Source: an uncultured Flavobacteriales bacterium
Lineage (GTDB): Bacteria; Bacteroidota; Bacteroidia; Flavobacteriales_D; Crocinitomicaceae
DNA: 64,000 bases
Reading direction: 5' to 3'
NCBI GenBank assembly: GCA_964580965.1
Contig: CAZOLZ010000007.1
Coordinates: forward strand, 34 to 64,033
Positions 18,345-28,063 of this stretch are shown in pieces. Position 1 is the first letter of the stretch. Every line of letters begins with the position of its first letter. The translations under genes and the position numbers were made by a program. Below the pieces are notes generated by a model, which made no database searches, was not told the origin of the DNA, and saw only the letters and a program-made list of their open reading frames with translations.

Positions 18345-21077
18345 TTATTGTTTAACTGAAATGTTTGCAAATTGAAATAAATCTTCAAATAATTTATTCA
18401 ATCGCTTTTTGTGTAATTGAGAGGAACCTTCTGCTGTTGCAGCAGACGCTTGTCTTGTAACACCAATTACAGGTAAATGTCTCATCTGCATTGCAAAATA
18501 AGTCCAAGCTCCCATATTAGCTGGTTCTTCTTGTGCCCAAACTATATTTTTAGCACCTTTATATTTTTCTAATATTGCGTCAACTTGTGTTTTAGGGAAT
18601 GGATACAATTGCTCTAAACGAACAAATGCCATATTATCAACCCCTAATTCAGCAGCTTTCACTTTCATTTCGTAGTAGAATTTTCCCGAACAGAAAACTA
18701 CTGTGTCTACAGAACTTACTTTTACTGAAGTATCATCTAAAACTTCTTGGAAACTTCCTGTTGCCATTTCATCTAATGAAGAAACCGCTTCAGGATAACG
18801 TAATAACATTTTTGGAGAGAAAACAACTAAAGGCTTTCTAAAATCTCTCATTATTTGTCTTCTCAATACGTGGAAATGATTCGCTGGTGTTGAAGTATTT
18901 ACCACTTGAATATTTTCATCAGCACATTGTGTCAAAAATCTTTCTATTCGTGCACTTGAGTGTTCTGCACCTTGACCTTCATATCCATGAGGCAATAACA
19001 TGACTAAACCACTTTGAGTAGACCATTTATCCTCTCCTGCAGTAATGAATTGATCAACCATAATTTGAGCCCCGTTAAAGAAATCTCCAAATTGGGCTTC
19101 CCATATTGTCAATCCATTAGGTGTTGCTAAAGAATAACCATATTCAAAACCGAGAACACCATATTCTGATAACAATGAATTATAAATTGAAAATTTTGCT
19201 TGATTCTCGTTTAATAAATTCAATGTTGAAATCTCTTCTTCTGTATCTTCTGTTTTAACAACTGCATGACGGTGAGAGAAAGTACCTCTTTCAACATCTT
19301 GACCAGAAATACGAACAGGGTGTCCTTCATCTAATAATGTAGCATAAGCTAACATTTCAGCAGAACCCCAATCTAATTTATCTCCTTCAATCGCTGCTAA
19401 ACGATCTTTGAAAATCTTAGCTATTTTTCTAAAGTATTTTTTTCCTTCGGGAAGTGTTGCTAATTTTTTTCCTAATTCCAATAAGCGTTCTTTATTTACA
19501 CCTGTTTCTGGTGATTGTATAAAGTCATTCGCTTCACCATGTCTAAAACCTTCCCAAGTAGAACTTAAGAAATCATAAACTAAGGCTTTATCGTGAGATC
19601 TTGATATTTCATATTCATCATCTAAATATGTATTGAACTGAACTTCTAAATCTTTTGCTTGTTCTTTTGTAATAACGCCTTCTGCTTCCAATTGACTAAA
19701 ATAAATATCCTTAGGATTGGCATGTTTAGCAATTAAATTATACAAGTTCGGTTGTGTAAATTTAGGTTCGTCTCCTTCATTATGTCCATATTTACGGTAG
19801 CATAACAAATCGATAAAGATATCTTGGTTAAATTTTTGACGATATTCCATTGCAATTTCCATTGTTTGAACAACTGCTTCAATATCATCACCATTTACAT
19901 GAAAAACTGGACTTAGAGTTGTTTTAGCAACATCGGTACAATATGTAGATGAACGACCATCTAAATAGTTCGTCGTAAACCCTACTTGATTATTTACCAC
20001 AATATGAATTGTTCCTCCGGCTCTGTATCCATCTAACTGTTCCATTTGAATCACTTCGTAAACGATACCTTGTCCTGCAACAGCAGCATCCCCATGAATC
20101 ATAACTGGACAGATCTTTTTCTCATCTTTTAAAAGATGATCAATTTTTGCTCTAGCAATACCTAAAACAACAGGATCAACTGCTTCTAAGTGAGAAGGAT
20201 TTGGAGCTAAAGTTAAGCCCATCGATTTTCCATTCTTCAATTTTACCTGAGATGTGTAACCTTGGTGATATTTCACATCTCCATCAAAGGTGTAAGAAAT
20301 ATCAAACTCTTTGCCTTCAAATTCAGAAAAAATATCTTTAGGTCGTTTTTCAAAAATATTGATTAAAGTATTCAGACGACCTCTGTGTGCCATACCCATT
20401 GTAAAGTATTCAACACCTAAATCTGAACCTTTGTTAATCATTGCGTCTAAAGCAGGGATTAAAGCTTCTCCCCCTTCAATTGAAAAACGCTTTTGACCAA
20501 CAAATTTCTTCCCTAAATAAGATTCGAAATTTGTTGCTTGATTTAATTTCTTATAAATTTCAATTTTTCGCTGAGCATCAAAAATTGGACGATTTTTTAA
20601 TTCAATCTTGTTTTTCAACCAATCTAAACGCTCTGGATCACGCATGTAGACAAACTCTATACCAATTGACTGGCAGTATGTAAGTTCTAAGTGCGCAATA
20701 ATATCTTTCAATGTAGCAGCTCCAATCCCAACTTCTTCTCCAGCTTGAAAAACAGTACCTAAATCACTTGAATCTAAGCCAAAATTTTCAATTGCTAAAG
20801 TTGGTGAGTACTTTCTTCTTTCTCTAACTGGATTTGTTTTTGTGAATAAATGTCCTCTTGTACGGTAGCCATTTATTAAGTTCAACACTTTAAATTCCTT
20901 TTGGAAATTTTCTGGAATTTGTCCTCCTTCTTCATCGTAATTTGTGCGGGCAAAATCAAACCCTTCAAAAAACTTTCTCCAACCAATATCTACACTTTCA
21001 GGATCTTGTTGATATGATTTATACAAGTGGTCAATCGCATTTACATCTGCATTACCTACGTATGTTACTTTATCCAT
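18345..21077 (-). CDS. sucA: 2-oxoglutarate dehydrogenase E1 component
   Basis: 910 aa. GMAHRGRLN, HGDAAVAGQG, YRKYGHNEGDEP, GQDVERGTFSHRH. Confidence 0.95.
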   Translation of the reverse strand: MDKVTYVGNADVNAIDHLYKSYQQDPESVDIGWRKFFEGFDFARTNYDEEGGQIPENFQKEFKVLNLINGYRTRGHLFTKTNPVRERRKYSPTLAIENFGLDSSDLGTVFQAGEEVGIGAATLKDIIAHLELTYCQSIGIEFVYMRDPERLDWLKNKIELKNRPIFDAQRKIEIYKKLNQATNFESYLGKKFVGQKRFSIEGGEALIPALDAMINKGSDLGVEYFTMGMAHRGRLNTLINIFEKRPKDIFSEFEGKEFDISYTFDGDVKYHQGYTSQVKLKNGKSMGLTLAPNPSHLEAVDPVVLGIARAKIDHLLKDEKKICPVMIHGDAAVAGQGIVYEVIQMEQLDGYRAGGTIHIVVNNQVGFTTNYLDGRSSTYCTDVAKTTLSPVFHVNGDDIEAVVQTMEIAMEYRQKFNQDIFIDLLCYRKYGHNEGDEPKFTQPNLYNLIAKHANPKDIYFSQLEAEGVITKEQAKDLEVQFNTYLDDEYEISRSHDKALVYDFLSSTWEGFRHGEANDFIQSPETGVNKERLLELGKKLATLPEGKKYFRKIAKIFKDRLAAIEGDKLDWGSAEMLAYATLLDEGHPVRISGQDVERGTFSHRHAVVKTEDTEEEISTLNLLNENQAKFSIYNSLLSEYGVLGFEYGYSLATPNGLTIWEAQFGDFFNGAQIMVDQFITAGEDKWSTQSGLVMLLPHGYEGQGAEHSSARIERFLTQCADENIQVVNTSTPANHFHVLRRQIMRDFRKPLVVFSPKMLLRYPEAVSSLDEMATGSFQEVLDDTSVKVSSVDTVVFCSGKFYYEMKVKAAELGVDNMAFVRLEQLYPFPKTQVDAILEKYKGAKNIVWAQEEPANMGAWTYFAMQMRHLPVIGVTRQASAATAEGSSQLHKKRLNKLFEDLFQFANISVKQ

Positions 21078-21104
21078 ATTTTATTAGTACATAATAATGG
21101 GAAA

Positions 21105-21112
21105 CAAATTTA
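21105..21112 (-). promoter_or_regulatory. -7 box TAAATTTG, candidate sucAB promoter
   Basis: Reverse complement of caaattta, 27 nt upstream of the ATG at 21077. Confidence 0.5.
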
Positions 21113-21296
21113 CATAATTCTATTGTTATAGACAGAAATATCTCGATTTTTTTACCTGTTTAACCACTTTTTATAACATCTTTTAAGATTATGGAAACAA
21201 TAACTAACAATTAAAGAATTGTTATCTCCTTTTAATACGAAGCAAAAAGATTAATTTTCATGGTTTTTCTTAATTTTACAGAAAATTTAATGTCCA

Positions 21297-22649
21297 ATGC
21301 GTTTTGAACTAACTAAAGAATTTCTTGAAGAGTTAAGATTAGCAATCGTTAACAAAGACAATAATTGGATTATTGAACACATCTCTGATCTTCACTTTGC
21401 TGACATTGCGGATTTATTAGATCAGCTTAATAATGAAGAAGCTAAATTCGTTTATTTTCAACTTTCTGAAGATGTCCAAGGTGATGTTCTGATGGAATTA
21501 GAAGAGGATGTCCGTGATCGTTTCTTAAAATCTCTTTCATCAAAAGAAATTGCTGGTCAATTAGAAAACTTAGACTCCGATGATGCTGCAGATATTTTGG
21601 GTGAACTTTCTGATAATGAAATATTAGAAGTTATCTCTCAAATGGATGATAATGAGGCTGCTGAAGATATTGTTGAGCTCTTAAATTACGACGAAGATAC
21701 TGCGGGTGGTTTAATGCAAAAAGAATTTATTCAAGCGAAATTGGATTGGCCTGTTAGTCGCTGTTTAGTTGAATTGAGACGACAAGCTGAAAATGTTGAG
21801 AAAGTTTACTCCATTTACGTTGTGGATGACCTAAATCGATTAGTAGGTTTGCTTTCATTAAAACGTTTATTGTTTTCGAATTTAAAAACACAAATTCGTG
21901 ACCTTTTCACTAGCAAAAATATCATTTCAGTTAAAACTACTGACAGCAATGAAGATGTTGCAAGAGTGATGGATAAATACGATTTAGTAGCTATTCCAGT
22001 TGTTGACTATCAAAATAAATTAGTTGGTCGTATTACCTTTGATGATGTTGTTGATATCATTAAAGATGAAGCTGACAAAGATTTTCAAATGGCGTCAGGT
22101 ATCTCTGATAAAATTGAATCTAGTTCATCGGTTTGGCATATCTCGAGAGCTCGTTTACCTTGGTTGTTAATTGGTATGGTCGGTGGTATTTTTGCTGCTA
22201 ATGTAATTGCAGGTTTTACCGATCAAATAAGTCATATTCCAACTCTTGCTTTATTCATACCATTAATTACAGCAATGGGAGGAAATGTTGGTGTCCAATC
22301 CTCTGCTATTGTTGTTCAATCATTAGCAAAATCTACAGATCAACTTGATAATATTTTAAAACGTTTATCCAAAGAAATCTCAGTTGGAATGTTAAACGGA
22401 GTATTTCTGGCACTGATTATTTATGGAATTGCAACACTTTTTGGAAACTCTACGTTAGGAATGGTTGTAAGTTTATCACTTTTTGTAGTGATTTTATTTG
22501 CAGGTATTTTCGGCACATTAATTCCGCTTTTGCTACACAAATACAAAATTGATCCTGCATTAGCTACTGGTCCATTTGTAACTACATTAAATGATGTTCT
22601 TGGTTTATTTATCTACTTCTCTGTAGGAATGTTACTTTACAGTCTATAG
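21297..22649 (+). CDS. mgtE: Magnesium transporter MgtE
   Basis: Acidic MgtE_N domain, two CBS-like repeats, and 5 TM helices with GGNVGVQSS and PFVTTLNDVLG. Confidence 0.93.
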   Translation: MRFELTKEFLEELRLAIVNKDNNWIIEHISDLHFADIADLLDQLNNEEAKFVYFQLSEDVQGDVLMELEEDVRDRFLKSLSSKEIAGQLENLDSDDAADILGELSDNEILEVISQMDDNEAAEDIVELLNYDEDTAGGLMQKEFIQAKLDWPVSRCLVELRRQAENVEKVYSIYVVDDLNRLVGLLSLKRLLFSNLKTQIRDLFTSKNIISVKTTDSNEDVARVMDKYDLVAIPVVDYQNKLVGRITFDDVVDIIKDEADKDFQMASGISDKIESSSSVWHISRARLPWLLIGMVGGIFAANVIAGFTDQISHIPTLALFIPLITAMGGNVGVQSSAIVVQSLAKSTDQLDNILKRLSKEISVGMLNGVFLALIIYGIATLFGNSTLGMVVSLSLFVVILFAGIFGTLIPLLLHKYKIDPALATGPFVTTLNDVLGLFIYFSVGMLLYSL

Positions 22650-22658
22650 TCTATACAA

Positions 22659-23603
22659 ATGAAAATACTTTTTTTGGATGAAGTTCATCCTGTTTTAGAA
22701 GAGCGATTAACAAAAGCTGGTTTTTCCTGTGTAAAAGCAGCTGACTTTTCGAAAGCAATGTGTTTAAATGCTGTTTCAAATAGTGATGGAATTGTCATTC
22801 GATCGCGATTCAAAATGAATGCTGATTTTTTAGATGCTGCTAAACAATTGAAATTTATTGCACGTTCTGGTGCTGGAATGGAAAACATTGATGTTTCATA
22901 TTGTGAACAAAATGGTATTACTTTGTTTAATGCTCCTGAGGGAAATCGAAATGCCGTTGGTGAACATGCTTTAGGGATGCTTCTTTCGTTGATGAATCAT
23001 TTAAATTCTGCAGATAAGGATGTTCGTTCAGGTAAATGGGATAGAGAAGGAAATCGTGGAGAAGAATTAGATCGTAAAACAGTTGGAATTATCGGTTTTG
23101 GGAATAACGGAAATTCCTTTGCCAAAAAATTAAGAGGTTTTGATTGTAGGGTTTTAGCTTACGATAAATACAAAACTAACTTTGGCAATGAACATGTTCA
23201 AGAAGTTGATTTAGATAAACTTGTAAAAGAATCCGATGTAATTAGTTTTCATATTCCCCAAAATGAAGAAACTATCTATTTTGCAAACGATGATTTCTTT
23301 AACTCCATTCAAAATCCTATTTACTTATTGAATTTATCACGTGGAAGAATTGTTCAAACCGCTTCATTAGTGAACGCGCTTAAATCTGGAAAAGTGAAAG
23401 CTGCAGGTTTAGATGTGTTAGAATACGAAAAAAGTAGTTTTGAATCCTTTTTTGATCAAGAATTACCATCAGACTTTGAATACCTTTTGAATGCTAAAAA
23501 CGTTCTTTTAACTCCGCATGTTGGTGGTTGGACAACAGAAAGTTATTTTAAATTGAGCAATGTATTGGCGGATAAAATATTAGAAAAATTCGCGATAAAA
23601 TAA
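22659..23603 (+). CDS. D-isomer-specific 2-hydroxyacid dehydrogenase (PGDH-like)
   Basis: GIIGFGNNG NAD fold, LSRGRIV, GLDVLEYE, LTPHVGGWT. Confidence 0.85.
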   Translation: MKILFLDEVHPVLEERLTKAGFSCVKAADFSKAMCLNAVSNSDGIVIRSRFKMNADFLDAAKQLKFIARSGAGMENIDVSYCEQNGITLFNAPEGNRNAVGEHALGMLLSLMNHLNSADKDVRSGKWDREGNRGEELDRKTVGIIGFGNNGNSFAKKLRGFDCRVLAYDKYKTNFGNEHVQEVDLDKLVKESDVISFHIPQNEETIYFANDDFFNSIQNPIYLLNLSRGRIVQTASLVNALKSGKVKAAGLDVLEYEKSSFESFFDQELPSDFEYLLNAKNVLLTPHVGGWTTESYFKLSNVLADKILEKFAIK

Positions 23604-23637
23604 TTTTTGTAAATTTACGAGTAACAATACAAAACGT

Positions 23638-24516
23638 ATGAAGTATCTAATATACATTCTAATTCTAAACTTAAGCTTCGTAGCTCTCGCTCAAAAAAAC
23701 TTAAATCCCTATGGAAAAAAACGTAACCAAGTTTTTGGAAAACGTGACATGCGTGAATATAAAAACTATGGAATGCAATATGAGGGTGGATTTACACACC
23801 TACGCACAAAAGAAAATGATTGGGTAAGAATTAACGATGGTGATCGACCTATAGAGTACCTGGTCAAACCAAAAGGTCAATTAGGGATGTTTGTTGGAAT
23901 AGGAATGGCTCATTTTCCTGTAACAAACCCACCAAAAATTAACATTCTTGGTCAGAGAGTTATAAGTTATTTTGATTGGGGATTGGGATTCAAATTATTT
24001 GGTGGTACTGAAAGTACAGATGTGAATTATTATTTAGCTGATGGCTCTTTATTCAACTCTACACACGGAAATGGATCTTTTTACAATGGGTATGTTTTTG
24101 GAAGAATTACAGTACATAACAACTATCACTTCAGTAAAAAATATTACTTAGATAACGGTTTAGGGTTTAATTTTGATTACAGAATTTTATCTGGTAAAGA
24201 AACGTATGATAATAATTATGTAGCTCAAGAAAGTCACAAAAACTTTGTTTGGCAATTACATTATGACCTAGGATTAGGAATTAAAATTAGCCGTGGTCAC
24301 TATTTAGTTCCAGGTATACAATTACCTTTAATAGGATTAGCACAATGGGAAGGGTTTAAACCTTCTTTAGATTGGTTCTCTTCTCGTTACAACCCTGTTT
24401 TATTTAAAGTTAAATACATTGTTTTAATGGAATTAAAACGTTCTAAAACAAGTTGTACAAATAATGGTACAGTAGAAGATAAAAAACGAAACTCAGAATA
24501 TTTACAAGGTCAATAA
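23638..24516 (+). CDS. Hypothetical secreted protein, probably outer-membrane beta-barrel
   Basis: Signal peptide MKYLIYILILNLSFVALAQ and a Gly/aromatic-rich alternating pattern. No recognised motif. Confidence 0.5.
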   Translation: MKYLIYILILNLSFVALAQKNLNPYGKKRNQVFGKRDMREYKNYGMQYEGGFTHLRTKENDWVRINDGDRPIEYLVKPKGQLGMFVGIGMAHFPVTNPPKINILGQRVISYFDWGLGFKLFGGTESTDVNYYLADGSLFNSTHGNGSFYNGYVFGRITVHNNYHFSKKYYLDNGLGFNFDYRILSGKETYDNNYVAQESHKNFVWQLHYDLGLGIKISRGHYLVPGIQLPLIGLAQWEGFKPSLDWFSSRYNPVLFKVKYIVLMELKRSKTSCTNNGTVEDKKRNSEYLQGQ

Positions 24517-24517
24517 A

Positions 24518-24868
24518 ATGCAAAAGATTTATCATTTAAGTAGTTGTAATACTTGTCAACGAATCATTAAAGAAATTAAACCTGATGATTCGGTTGAGTT
24601 AAAAGACATTAAGCAGGAAAATATTGATGCTAAAACATTGGATTGGTTAAAAGAAAAGGTTGGTTCATACGAAGCCCTGTTTTCAAAAAGAGCCATGAAA
24701 TTCCGTTCAATGGGTTTACATGAACAAAACTTAACAGAGGATGATTATCGCAAATATATGTTGGAAGAATACACTTTTTTAAAACGTCCATTCATTATTA
24801 ATGGTGAGGAGGTTTATATCGGTAACGCTAAGAAGACTGTTGAAGCAGCAACTGCTTCTTTCAAGTAA
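24518..24868 (+). CDS. ArsC/Spx/MgsR-family small thioredoxin-fold protein
   Basis: 116 aa. N-terminal SSCNTCQR redox-type motif and LLKRPFII. Confidence 0.75.
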   Translation: MQKIYHLSSCNTCQRIIKEIKPDDSVELKDIKQENIDAKTLDWLKEKVGSYEALFSKRAMKFRSMGLHEQNLTEDDYRKYMLEEYTFLKRPFIINGEEVYIGNAKKTVEAATASFK

Positions 24869-24873
24869 GACGA

Positions 24874-25785
24874 ATGCTTAATATCCAAAACTTAAAAGCT
24901 CATTTTGCTTTATTTATGGTGAACACTTTTTACGGTGCTAGTCATATAATTGCAAAAGGTATTATGCCTAACTATTTGACACCAAACGTTTTTATTTTCC
25001 TCAGAGCTGCAGGTGCGACCATATTGTTTTGGATTACAAAAATGCTATTTGTGAGAGAAAAAGTAGCCAAAAAAGACTTATTATTATTGGCTTTTTGCGG
25101 TTTATTTGGAGTGACAATCAATCAATTATTTTTCTTTCATGGATTAAATTTATCCTCTTCAATCAATTCAGGAATTATTATGACTACAAATCCTGTAATT
25201 GTTGTTATTCTCTCCTTTTTCATTTTAAAAGAAAAAATCACCATAAACAAAATAGTAGGTATCTTAATTGCTTCTGTAGGTTCTATTTTACTCACATTAG
25301 AGGGAGGAACAGGAAAAGGTGACTCTACATTAGGTGATGTTTTTCTATTTATTAATGCTTTGAGTTATGGAATTTACTTAGTGATTGCCAAACCTTTAAT
25401 GCAGAAATATAACCCCTTAACAGTTATCACTTATGTGTTTACTTTTGGTATTGGTTTTATTATGTTGTATCCACCTACATTAACTGAATTTTCTGCTACG
25501 CATTTTGAAAAATTCTCATTAGAAATCACGTTGAAAGTGATCTATGTAATTATTGGTGTTACTTTTTTAACTTATCTACTAACCATGTACGCACTCAAAT
25601 ATTTGAGTCCAGCTGTTTCAAGTTCTTATATCTATTTACAACCTGTTTTAGTTGTTTTATTTGCATTTTTATTTTCAGCAATTGGTCTTTCAGATGATTA
25701 TACACATACCATAACACTAAAAAAAATCCTTTATGCTTTATTAATTTTTGCAGGAGTTTATATTGTTTCTAAAAAGAAAAGTTAA
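24874..25785 (+). CDS. EamA/DMT-family transporter
   Basis: 10 TM helices in two EamA-like halves. Confidence 0.85.
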   Translation: MLNIQNLKAHFALFMVNTFYGASHIIAKGIMPNYLTPNVFIFLRAAGATILFWITKMLFVREKVAKKDLLLLAFCGLFGVTINQLFFFHGLNLSSSINSGIIMTTNPVIVVILSFFILKEKITINKIVGILIASVGSILLTLEGGTGKGDSTLGDVFLFINALSYGIYLVIAKPLMQKYNPLTVITYVFTFGIGFIMLYPPTLTEFSATHFEKFSLEITLKVIYVIIGVTFLTYLLTMYALKYLSPAVSSSYIYLQPVLVVLFAFLFSAIGLSDDYTHTITLKKILYALLIFAGVYIVSKKKS

Positions 25786-25789
25786 AATC

Positions 25790-27769
25790 TTACTTCTTTT
25801 GAGGTATTTCAAATATAACTATGAAAGTAGTACCATTTTGTTTATCTAACTCTATTTGACCACCCAATTGATCAACTAACGCAACTACTAATTGCATACC
25901 TAAAGAAGTCGTTTTACGATAATCTAAATCTTGAGGAAAGCCTTTACCATTATCAGATATTATTAGAAAAACTTTATAATCTTCAATAAAAAGTTTTATT
26001 GTAATTCTTCCTTCTTGTTTTTTTTCAAAAGCATACTTTAATGAATTGGTAACCAACTCATTAATAATTAAACCACACGGGATAGATAAATCTAAATCCA
26101 AATTAATCTCAGATAATTGAAGATCTAACTTAACATTATTATTCTGATTATAGGTATGAAATAAATTTGTGGTAATACTTTGAATATATTCTGCAAAACT
26201 AATAGTTGAAAAATCTTTTCTTTGGTAAAGTAATTCGTGAATTAGAGACATAGAACGAATTCTATCTTGACTATTTTTGAGAATTTCAAGTATCTTTTGA
26301 TCTTCTATTGTTGATGACTGTAAATTAAGTATACTTGAAATAATTTGAAGGTTATTTTTTACCCGATGATGAACTTCCTTTAATAAAACTTCTTTTTCAT
26401 GTAAAGATTTAATAACCTTCTTTTCTGCTAGTTTTTTTGATGTTGTATCACTTATAAATAAGACTAAACCTGATATTTTATTATCAATAACTTTTGGACC
26501 AACCTTAGTAAAATAAAACTTTTTAATCCCTGTATGATGATCTTTTTCTGTTTCATAACTACTATATCTAACCTGACCTGTTAGAACGAGATTATTGCAT
26601 TTTCTAATTTCATCATGATATTTTTTATCAACTAATTCATAAATACTTTTGCCATTATGTTTTGCGTTAGAATCATTATTAATGAGTTCAATTTTTTCGT
26701 TGATATCTGTTAATATTATTACATCTGGTGAGTTTTCAATAATCGATCTATATTTTGATTCACTTTGTTTAAGTTTAAGATTCGCGATCTTTGCATCTTC
26801 AATGTTTCTAACAATTGCCTGAACAGCAAAATCTTCTCCCATTTTAAATCTAGACAAAGAAACTTCAGCAGTAAACAATTCACCGTTGTATTTCTTATGA
26901 ACCCATTCAAACCTATTAATTCCTTTATCAAGTGCTATTTGAATCATTTCCTTTGATTTTACGATAGAACTTGAGCCATCTTCCTGAAAATCTGGAGAAA
27001 TATCTGATGGATGAATTTGTTTTAAAACTTGGACTGATGGGATTTTAAACATTTTAAGCGTTTCATCGTTACAATCGAAAAACCCCTTTTCATTTAAAAG
27101 CATAATCGCATCATTTGAAGCTTCTACTGATAACTTCCATCTTTCTTCTATGAGTTTAATATTATTTTTTGCCTTTCTTAGTTCTTCACTTTCTTTTAGT
27201 TTAAGCTCTTTATTCAATAATTGTTGAAGAACATATTCTTTTTTTCGTTCAAATAAATCAGCAACTATTATTGCCATAATAGCCATTCCTAAAAATGAAA
27301 TTGCCGTAATTTCAGTTTTTGAACTAACAAATGGATTTGGTAAAGTTATTCCCAAAAATTGGACGTAACCAAAAAATAAAATCGTTAATGCAGTGATTAT
27401 TAAACAAAAAACTTTAATTGGATTACTTTCTAATAATAAACGAGCATAAATTGGGATTAAAACAACCCAGGGTAAACTGTGCGAAAAAAAACCTCCAGAA
27501 TAATAAACATCAATCACCAAAATTAAATAAGTAGAAAATAACCCTAATAATGCTGTCGTTCTGTGAGAAATAATTGAAAAAATAAAGAGCCCTGTAAAAA
27601 ATAATTGAAGCAAACCTCCCATATTCATTACATATACACCCATTTTAAATTCAAAATATGAATAAATGAATGAAAAAATAAAATAAAAAATTATAGCGAT
27701 TACAGCTAATCGAATTATAATTGAATTATTTAAAGACTCGTTAAATTTTGCTTTAATAATACTAAACAT
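25790..27769 (-). CDS. Membrane sensor histidine kinase (multi-TM N-terminus, coiled coil, two PAS-like regions, HisKA_2 + HATPase)
   Basis: H-box EVHHRVKNNLQIISSILNLQ, N-box LIINELVTNSLKYAF, G-box SDNGKGFP. About 6-7 N-terminal TM helices. Confidence 0.85.
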   Translation of the reverse strand: MFSIIKAKFNESLNNSIIIRLAVIAIIFYFIFSFIYSYFEFKMGVYVMNMGGLLQLFFTGLFIFSIISHRTTALLGLFSTYLILVIDVYYSGGFFSHSLPWVVLIPIYARLLLESNPIKVFCLIITALTILFFGYVQFLGITLPNPFVSSKTEITAISFLGMAIMAIIVADLFERKKEYVLQQLLNKELKLKESEELRKAKNNIKLIEERWKLSVEASNDAIMLLNEKGFFDCNDETLKMFKIPSVQVLKQIHPSDISPDFQEDGSSSIVKSKEMIQIALDKGINRFEWVHKKYNGELFTAEVSLSRFKMGEDFAVQAIVRNIEDAKIANLKLKQSESKYRSIIENSPDVIILTDINEKIELINNDSNAKHNGKSIYELVDKKYHDEIRKCNNLVLTGQVRYSSYETEKDHHTGIKKFYFTKVGPKVIDNKISGLVLFISDTTSKKLAEKKVIKSLHEKEVLLKEVHHRVKNNLQIISSILNLQSSTIEDQKILEILKNSQDRIRSMSLIHELLYQRKDFSTISFAEYIQSITTNLFHTYNQNNNVKLDLQLSEINLDLDLSIPCGLIINELVTNSLKYAFEKKQEGRITIKLFIEDYKVFLIISDNGKGFPQDLDYRKTTSLGMQLVVALVDQLGGQIELDKQNGTTFIVIFEIPQKK

Positions 27770-28007
27770 AATATGCTTTTTTTCCTAATAACAGGTAAGT
27801 TTTTTCCAATATATCAAACACCTTTATTTAAAACAAATTCTTCTTGCTTAAAAGAAATAATAAAGCTCCACTTTTAGTGTTTTCTTAATGTATTTAGGAT
27901 TTAATTTTTCCATCCGGTTTTAAGCATTTTCCAATTCTTTGAAAAAGAATCTCTAAAATTTTTATGAATAGTCTGACCGAGACTAAAAGTAATTTAATTT
28001 TTTGACA

Positions 28008-28042
28008 CAAAAAAAGAAGCTGCCTAAAATAGACAACTTCTT
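28008..28042 (-). terminator. Candidate rho-independent terminator of the RND operon
   Basis: On the minus strand: AGAAGTTG-loop-CAGCTTCT (one mismatch) followed by TTTTTTTG, 22 nt after the stop at 28064. Confidence 0.5.
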
Positions 28043-28063
28043 ATTAATGATTCAATTTTTGAT

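Noticed and set aside
21113-21296. Possible M-box (Mg) riboswitch upstream of mgtE
   Set aside because: The spacer is very AT-rich and lacks the extended G+C-containing helices of an M-box. It holds only a simple 8-bp inverted repeat, which I report separately as a low-interest finding.
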